Shown here piece after piece: positions 58,303-64,000 of a DNA stretch of 64,000 nucleotides. A program made the position numbers and the translations under genes. Under the pieces are notes generated by a model, which ran no database searches, was not told where the DNA came from, and saw only the letters and a list, made by a program, of their open reading frames with translations. Numbering within the stretch: the first letter of the stretch is position 1; each line of letters begins with the position of its first letter. Location of the stretch: contig BTVY01000034.1 of the NCBI GenBank assembly GCA_045863335.1, positions 13,699 to 77,698 of the forward strand, written 5' to 3'. This stretch comes from Candidatus Hydrogenedentota bacterium (GTDB lineage Bacteria; Hydrogenedentota; Hydrogenedentia; Hydrogenedentales; SLHB01).

Positions 58303-59154
58303 TTACTCTTCTCCTTCAGAATCTTCTTGCGAAGCGGCGCCGACTTCCGCCGGCTCCGCGCTTACTTCCGTTTCTTCCGTCGCAGCCGCGACCGCTACCC
58401 CTTCATCGCCCGCCGAGAATGACTTCCGCCCGCGAACGCCCTTCTGCGGCTGTTCGGCGCGGACCTTCTCCGCCTGCGACAATCCATCGATCGCCGCGTT
58501 GGCGATGACCGAACAGAACAACGACACCGCGCGAATTGCGTCGTCGTTGCCCGGGATCGGAATCGGCACGCTGTCCGGATCGGCGTTCGTATCCACGATG
58601 CCGATACAGGTGATGCCCAGGCGCGCCGCTTCGCGCACCGCGATGGCTTCCTTTTTCGTGTCGATGACAAACATCACGTTGGGAAGCCGGTCCATGGTCT
58701 TGATGCCGTCGAGGTTGCGGCGCAGTTTCGTCATCTCGCGCCGCATCTTGGCTGCTTCCTTCTTCGTGTACTTGTCCATGGCGCCCGACGCGTCCATCTC
58801 TTCGAGACGGGTCAGGTTGCGCACGCTGGTCTGGATGGTCTCGAAGTTCGTCAGCGTGCCGCCCAACCAGCGGTGGTTGACGTAGTACATGTTGCAGCGC
58901 TTCGCCTCGCGCGCGACGGGTTCCTGGGCCTGCTTCTTCGTGCCCACGAAAAGGACCGTGCCGCCCGCCGCGACCGTGTCGCGTACGAAGGCATGGGCCT
59001 TGTGGACCTGGCGCAGGGTCTTCTGCAGGTCGATGATGTAGATGCCGTTGCGCTGCCCGAAGATGTACCGGGCCATTTTGGGGTTCCAACGGCGGGTCTG
59101 GTGGCCGAAATGAATGCCGGCCTCCAGCAGTTGCCTCATGGTGACGACTGCCAT
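58303..59154 (-). CDS. rpsB: 30S ribosomal protein S2
   Basis: LLEAGIHFGHQTRRWNPKM, RWLGGTLTN and PGNDDAIRAV. Confidence 0.97.
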   Translation of the reverse strand: MAVVTMRQLLEAGIHFGHQTRRWNPKMARYIFGQRNGIYIIDLQKTLRQVHKAHAFVRDTVAAGGTVLFVGTKKQAQEPVAREAKRCNMYYVNHRWLGGTLTNFETIQTSVRNLTRLEEMDASGAMDKYTKKEAAKMRREMTKLRRNLDGIKTMDRLPNVMFVIDTKKEAIAVREAARLGITCIGIVDTNADPDSVPIPIPGNDDAIRAVSLFCSVIANAAIDGLSQAEKVRAEQPQKGVRGRKSFSAGDEGVAVAAATEETEVSAEPAEVGAASQEDSEGEE

Positions 59155-59275
59155 ACGTAATTCTCCCTTTGGGTTTTTCCTCGGGGCCCGGCGGCTGACC
59201 CGGCCACAAGACCGGGCACCCAGACCGCTCGAACAGGCTGGACCCCTGTGTAATTGCAAACGCGTGAAGATAGCA
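59155..59275 (-). promoter_or_regulatory. rpsB 5' leader (S2 autoregulatory RNA-like) and extended -10 promoter
   Basis: Minus strand TGCTATCTT, then ACACAGGGG...GGGTGCCCGG..CCGGGTC...GAGGAAAAACCC, matching the ACAC/GGGTGC/GAGG/AACCC layout of the E. coli rpsB leader. Confidence 0.6.
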
Positions 59276-59330
59276 TATTTACGGATTGCCGCGCAAACTC
59301 CGGCGGGGAGACATCGGCAGGGAGAACGCC

Positions 59331-59424
59331 ATAGGACATATAGGACCAATAATGCCTGTAAGACAAACATCAGCCCATCCAACTCTTCTGGTCCTATTGG
59401 TCCTATACGTCCAATTCGTCCTAT
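59331..59424. repeat. 9-nt-period inverted-arm element with a short interior
   Basis: GGAC at 59334 and 59343 (then degenerate units); GTCC at 59391, 59400, 59409, 59418. Confidence 0.75.
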
Positions 59425-59484
59425 CATCCCCCAATCGCACCGCCCCCCGCGCCCGTGGTATCATCCCCGAAAACGGTGTAACCC

Positions 59485-60306
59485 ATGTCTTCATCCGACT
59501 TGTACAACGAAATCCTTGAAGAAACCCGCGACCTCGTCCAGCGCCTGGCCCATCCGCGCCGGAAGACCCTGGCCCTGTCGCCGGAGGTCGCGGATCTATA
59601 CCAGACCATCGCCACGGAAGCCCCGGGCGCCGAATCAGTCTCCCCGGCTCCCGCGCCATCGGCGCCGCCCGTTCCCCCAGCGCCGCCGTCGGGCCCGGCG
59701 CCGGAAGCCTTGATTGCCCTGGAACAGGAAGTCAGCGCCTGCACGAAATGCGAACTCTGTAAGACGCGCACGCAAACGGTCTTCGCTGACGGCAACCCCA
59801 ACGCCGACCTGGTCTTCGTGGGCGAAGCCCCCGGCGCGGATGAAGATCGAATCGGCAAACCGTTCGTCGGCAAGGCGGGGCAGTTGCTGACGGATATTAT
59901 CGTGAAAGGCATGAAGCTTCGCCGCGAGGACGTGTATATCTGCAACGTCCTGAAATGCCGCCCTCCGAATAACCGCGATCCCTTGCCGACTGAAAAGGAA
60001 CTCTGCGAGCCGTATCTCATCCGGCAGTTGGAACTGGTCAAGCCCAAAGCCATCTGCGCGCTCGGCGCCCACGCCGCCAAAACGCTGCTCAAGACTGACG
60101 AGTCCACGGGACGCCTACGCGGACGCTGGCACTTCTACCACGGCATCCCGCTCCGGGTGACCTACCACCCGGCCTATCTGCTGCGTTCTCCGGACGAGAA
60201 GAAGAAAACCTGGGACGATATCCAACACGTCATGCGGTTGCTCGCGGGCGCGGAGAAGGCCGAACCCGGTCCCGGCTCGCTCGGCGATCCGCCGCCATCA
60301 AACTGA
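59485..60306 (+). CDS. Uracil-DNA glycosylase family 4 (Fe-S) with N-terminal extension and Pro/Ala linker
   Basis: CTKCEL, FVGEAPGADED, NVLKCRPPNNR and TYHPAYLLR. Confidence 0.93.
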   Translation: MSSSDLYNEILEETRDLVQRLAHPRRKTLALSPEVADLYQTIATEAPGAESVSPAPAPSAPPVPPAPPSGPAPEALIALEQEVSACTKCELCKTRTQTVFADGNPNADLVFVGEAPGADEDRIGKPFVGKAGQLLTDIIVKGMKLRREDVYICNVLKCRPPNNRDPLPTEKELCEPYLIRQLELVKPKAICALGAHAAKTLLKTDESTGRLRGRWHFYHGIPLRVTYHPAYLLRSPDEKKKTWDDIQHVMRLLAGAEKAEPGPGSLGDPPPSN

Positions 60307-60315
60307 TTTCGAATC

Positions 60316-61695
60316 ATGGCCGATACGGTAACGACATACACGCCGGTTCGCTGGTACAACTCCCTCGTGGTCCGCGTCATCGCCCTGTGCGCGGTGCTTG
60401 TGCTGTGCTTGCTCGGCTCCGTCTATATCCTCACCGCCCATTACTTCGTCGAAGTTGTGAAAGAGATGGAGAATCAGACCCTGGATATGGCGAACGACAT
60501 CGACGTGTGGCTCAGCGAACACGGCGATGAACCGCCCGATCTCGAGCAAGTGAAACAAGACTTGACCATCGAGCACGGCGAATCCGTGTTGGACATTACG
60601 CGGCCGGATGCCGACATGGCGCAGATTACCGGTGTCGTGTCGCAATTCACTTCGGACGGCAAGGTCATCACGAGGTATCAAATCGAACGGGCGGGCATGG
60701 ACCCGATCCAGCTTACGGCCCAATTCAGTTTTCTGCCGCAAACCGCGATTCTTCGCGCGTTCAAAAACCAATACCTAGTCGCCTTGACCGCCGGGTTTCT
60801 CATCACCCTCGGATTGATGATCTACTTCATCGTGAAGAGCCTGCGTCCTTTGAGCGATCTCTCCGATTCCTGCGCCAAGATCAGCGAGGGGGAACTGGAC
60901 GAGGTAGAGGTCCGCAAGAACTACGGAGAAATCCTGGCCCTCGAACAGACCTTCAATCATATGGTGCGATCGTTACGGGAAAAAGAGCAGGTGGAAAAGA
61001 ACCTGCGCCAGGCGCAACGTTTGTCGGCGTTGGGAACCTTGGCGGCGGGCGTGGCTCATGACGTGCGCAACCCCTTAAACTCCATCAAGCTGCTGTCGAG
61101 CCACGTGCTGGATACACTGCAATCACACGATGACGCCGCGCCGGCGGTTACGCAACTGCGCACCATCCGCAATGAAGTCGACCGGTTGGACGAGATCGTC
61201 TCCGGGTTCCTCGCGCTCGCTAAAGAGCGCGAACTGCAGCCGGAACCCGTGCGGTTGGACCCCTTGCTGGAAGAGTGCCTGCACCTCGTACAGCAGGACG
61301 CCAATGAACGCGGCATTCACCTGACGAGCGACCTTCGCGCAGGCGATTTGGAGTTGACCTTGGACCCGAAACAGTTCACGCGAGCGGTCCTCAACGTGCT
61401 GATTAACGCGCTCGAGGCCACGCCAGCCGGTGGCCGCGTCCGGCTGTTTTCGCGCGTGCTGGAAAGCGAATGCCAGGTGGAAGTCCGCGACGACGGCCCC
61501 GGCCTGACCAAGGAAGTCGCGGAACGCGCCTTTGACCCCTATTACACAACGAAACCGACGGGGACGGGTATTGGCCTGTCCATCACGCGCGGCATCATCG
61601 AAGAGCACGGCGGCACAATCGAATTGTCCTGCGTGCTCGGCCAGGGTTGCCACGTCTTGATTACATTCCCCACCCGCCGGGAAGGACTCGTATGA
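60316..61695 (+). CDS. Membrane sensor histidine kinase (HAMP-HisKA-HATPase)
   Basis: Two TMs, HAMP, AHDVRNPLNSI H-box, NVLINALEA, DDGPG and YTTKPTGTGIGL. Confidence 0.93.
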   Translation: MADTVTTYTPVRWYNSLVVRVIALCAVLVLCLLGSVYILTAHYFVEVVKEMENQTLDMANDIDVWLSEHGDEPPDLEQVKQDLTIEHGESVLDITRPDADMAQITGVVSQFTSDGKVITRYQIERAGMDPIQLTAQFSFLPQTAILRAFKNQYLVALTAGFLITLGLMIYFIVKSLRPLSDLSDSCAKISEGELDEVEVRKNYGEILALEQTFNHMVRSLREKEQVEKNLRQAQRLSALGTLAAGVAHDVRNPLNSIKLLSSHVLDTLQSHDDAAPAVTQLRTIRNEVDRLDEIVSGFLALAKERELQPEPVRLDPLLEECLHLVQQDANERGIHLTSDLRAGDLELTLDPKQFTRAVLNVLINALEATPAGGRVRLFSRVLESECQVEVRDDGPGLTKEVAERAFDPYYTTKPTGTGIGLSITRGIIEEHGGTIELSCVLGQGCHVLITFPTRREGLV

Positions 61696-63071
61696 AACCG
61701 GAGATTCTCATTGCCGAAGACGACGACACGCAGCGGCTCATCCTGAACGACATCCTGAATGGCGTTGGCTATCGCGTGACCGCAGTCCCGACCGCGAAGG
61801 AGGCTCTGGCCGCGCTTCGCGATAACCCACGCGACGTGTTGCTTACAGACCTTCGCATGCCGGAGATGGATGGTCTCGAACTGTTGCGCCAGGCGAAACG
61901 CATCTGCCCAGACATGGAAGTCGTCGTCATGACGGCCTTCGCCACCGTGCAGACCGCGGTGACGGCTATGAAAGAAGGCGCGTCCGACTATCTCGCCAAA
62001 CCCTTCGACAAAGACGAACTGCTGATCGTCGTCGAAAAAGCCATCGAACGCGGCAGTCTCCGCCGCGAGAACGTGCAACTGCGGGAACTCGTCACCCAAT
62101 CCGTGTCGCTTGGGAATATCATCGGTGACAGCCCCCCCATGCAACGCGTATTCACCATCGTCCAGAAGGCCGTTCCCATCAACAGCACGGTCCTGATTCT
62201 CGGCGAATCGGGCACCGGCAAGGAGATGGTTGCCCGCCACATTCACTTCGAGGGACCCCGCAGCAAGAAGCCCTTCGCGGTCGTGAACTGCGCCGCCATC
62301 CCCGACGCCCTCGTGGAGAGCGAGTTGTTCGGCCACGAGAAAGGCGCCTTCACGGGCGCGGAAGCGAGCCGCGCGGGCAAATTCGAAGTGGCCAACGGCG
62401 GCACGCTCTTTCTCGATGAAGTCGGCGACATGCGCCTCGACAGTCAAGCGAAGCTCTTGCGCGTGTTGCAGGACGGGGTCGTCGAACGCGTGGGATCGTC
62501 CACGCCGCGCAAGGTGGACGTGCGCGTCATCGCGGCCACGAACCGCGATCTGAAGAAGCTGGTCGATGAAGGCGAGTTCCGCGAGGACCTTTTCTTCCGG
62601 CTGGACGTGCTGCCCATCGCGTTGCCGCCGCTGCGGGAACGCGTGCAGGATCTGCCGCTCCTGATCAACCACTTCCGGGACAAACTCTCCAAGCGGCTTG
62701 GCAAGAAGTGTCCGACCCTGGCGCCGGACGCGTTGGAGGCCATGCGCCACTACCGCTGGCCCGGCAACGTGCGGGAACTGGAGAACACGCTGGAACAGCT
62801 CTACATCTTGTCCGACGGCGAGACCATTCACGCAAACGACCTGCCCGAAAAGTTGCGCAAGCGCGAACCGGAAACCGGCGATATCGAACTGCCCTCCGGC
62901 GGGTTGGTCTTGGAAGACCTGGAACAAGATCTGATTCGTCAGGCCCTCGCCCGCAGCGGCGGTTCCATCAAGGAAGCCGCCGAACTGCTCGGCCTGACGT
63001 ACAAGACCCTGCAATACCGCCTCAAGAAACACGAGATCGATCGCAAAGGCGACGCAAGTGAAGGGGAATAG
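61692..63071 (+). CDS. Sigma54-dependent NtrC/AtoC-family response regulator
   Basis: Receiver TDLRMPEMDG, GESGTGKE, GAFTGA, WPGNVREL and a Fis-type HTH. Confidence 0.95.
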   Translation: MKPEILIAEDDDTQRLILNDILNGVGYRVTAVPTAKEALAALRDNPRDVLLTDLRMPEMDGLELLRQAKRICPDMEVVVMTAFATVQTAVTAMKEGASDYLAKPFDKDELLIVVEKAIERGSLRRENVQLRELVTQSVSLGNIIGDSPPMQRVFTIVQKAVPINSTVLILGESGTGKEMVARHIHFEGPRSKKPFAVVNCAAIPDALVESELFGHEKGAFTGAEASRAGKFEVANGGTLFLDEVGDMRLDSQAKLLRVLQDGVVERVGSSTPRKVDVRVIAATNRDLKKLVDEGEFREDLFFRLDVLPIALPPLRERVQDLPLLINHFRDKLSKRLGKKCPTLAPDALEAMRHYRWPGNVRELENTLEQLYILSDGETIHANDLPEKLRKREPETGDIELPSGGLVLEDLEQDLIRQALARSGGSIKEAAELLGLTYKTLQYRLKKHEIDRKGDASEGE

Positions 63072-63077
63072 AAGGCC

Positions 63078-63527
63078 TTACGGAAGATTCTCCAGATCGT
63101 CGAGATCTCTGAACCGGCCTGCGGCTCTCTTATTCGTCTTCAAATCGTCAATACTGATGACGCCCACCTCGACTCCATCCAGAGTATCAACAATGCGGGA
63201 GCCATAACACGACTCGAACGTAACTCCGGATATGCCGGTAGCGATTTCGATTCGCACTGGAGGATTTCCCATTCGTACGATTCGTCCTTCTTGCATGAAG
63301 AGCGACGGTGTCAGGTCGGGAAGTGAAAAGCCAAACTCCACAAGGGCATCGACCGGGCGTTGAGCGTTGGCGGGATGCCGTGCGATCCAGACATCGAGGT
63401 CAGCAGTCGCCCGGGGATAGCCATGAAAGGCTACTGCATAACCGCCCACCAACAGATACTCAACCCCATGGGCATTCAACAACTTCAAGAACTCTTTGAA
63501 GTCGGGCGGTACACGCAGGTTCGCCAT
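63078..63527 (-). CDS. Minimal nucleotidyltransferase-fold protein (DUF6036-like), putative TA component
   Basis: YLLVGGYAVAFHGYPRATADLDVW (GG...DxD) and NKRAAGRFRDLDD. Confidence 0.85.
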   Translation of the reverse strand: MANLRVPPDFKEFLKLLNAHGVEYLLVGGYAVAFHGYPRATADLDVWIARHPANAQRPVDALVEFGFSLPDLTPSLFMQEGRIVRMGNPPVRIEIATGISGVTFESCYGSRIVDTLDGVEVGVISIDDLKTNKRAAGRFRDLDDLENLP

Positions 63528-63672
63528 AGTTGAGCCTTCGCAGTGTTTCGAGCGCTGAAAGCCGTTCCTCAGGAGAGACTGAATGCCAGTACGCGCGGTC
63601 GCTGGACGGCTCGGTCAGCGACGAGACTTCCATGGCGGATTTGTCGATTCTGAGTGCATCGATCGCGTCCAT
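63460..63672 (-). CDS. Small protein (70 aa) upstream of and overlapping the nucleotidyltransferase; putative antitoxin/partner
   Basis: DRAYWHSVSPEERLSALETLRRLNYG...RLQRVLEV; two-gene overlapping layout. Confidence 0.65.
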   Translation of the reverse strand: MDAIDALRIDKSAMEVSSLTEPSSDRAYWHSVSPEERLSALETLRRLNYGEPACTARLQRVLEVVECPWG

Positions 63673-63688
63673 CGCCAATAATGATAGC

Positions 63689-63963
63689 GAAAAATAGGGA
63701 CGGCCACCAATTTCCTTCTCGATCACCGAGTCGAGGGCTCAAGCGCTGCCAAGAACATGGTCCGCAAGTCAGTTTGTATCGATAGCCGTGGATTCTCGGT
63801 ATCGGGATCGCTATCGGGATCGGTATCGAGTGGGAAGCGCAAAGCGATTTCGATCCCGATACCGATCCCGATAGCGACAACAGTGCTGGCGCTCACGAAT
63901 GTTCGCCCGCGCTCCCCCACGCCGTAGGCGGGGTCCTTCGCTCAGGAAGGAAAATGGTGACTG
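63689..63963. repeat. GGGGACAG-family arms (63689-63715 and 63949-63963) enclosing a hexamer-period palindrome (63795-63878)
   Basis: GAAAAATAGGGACGGCCACCAATTTCCTTCTC ... ATCGGG ATCGCT ATCGGG ATCGGT ATCGAG ... CCCGAT ACCGAT CCCGAT AGCGAC ... GGAAAATGGTGACTG. Confidence 0.7.
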
Positions 63964-64000
63964 ATAATCATCTAGGTGGCTTCCCCGCCGGGTGGTGCTA

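Noticed and set aside
63911-63936. IS200/IS605 end-like hairpin CCCCCACGCCGTAGGCGGGG
   Set aside because: Too short and at the window edge; no tnpA/tnpB visible to support it.

Overview
GC-rich bacterial chromosome segment, probably from an uncultured diderm lineage; gene content suggests Hydrogenedentota or similar, which cannot be verified from the sequence alone. It is mostly housekeeping. From left to right: the hrcA-grpE-dnaK heat-shock operon with a CIRCE operator; a glycosylation cluster (three GT4s, a WecA/MraY-type transferase, an O-antigen-ligase/TPR protein) interrupted by a GH28 gene; pepP-efp-accB-accC-amaP-like; hisI-trpE-trpG; HU, tatC, tatA/B; an SPFH + Zn-ribbon pair; URO-D-like, HAD, mtnP, HIT and PLD genes; metH + 2Fe-2S ferredoxin; secreted sialidase-like and unknown CAZyme-like genes; an opp ABC operon; a Tat sulfatase; rpsB-tsf-pyrH-frr-uppS-cdsA, prfB-lysS-lolCE-lolD on the minus strand; UDG, a sigma54 two-component system and a nucleotidyltransferase/small-protein pair. 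I found no tRNA, rRNA, CRISPR array, transposase or integrase. Two signals are not explained by the ORF track. (1) A 16-codon His-rich, Trp-containing leader peptide (MPHSLSHHRWRHYTHS) lies upstream of the mixed hisI-trpE-trpG operon and can pair with the hisI Shine-Dalgarno. (2) The intergenic gaps are densely colonised by several distinct families of short palindromic or short-period (6, 7, 9, 10 nt) inverted-repeat elements. These often sit at or just after stop codons, nest in one another, show compensatory base changes, and in one family enclose variable interiors of near-constant length.
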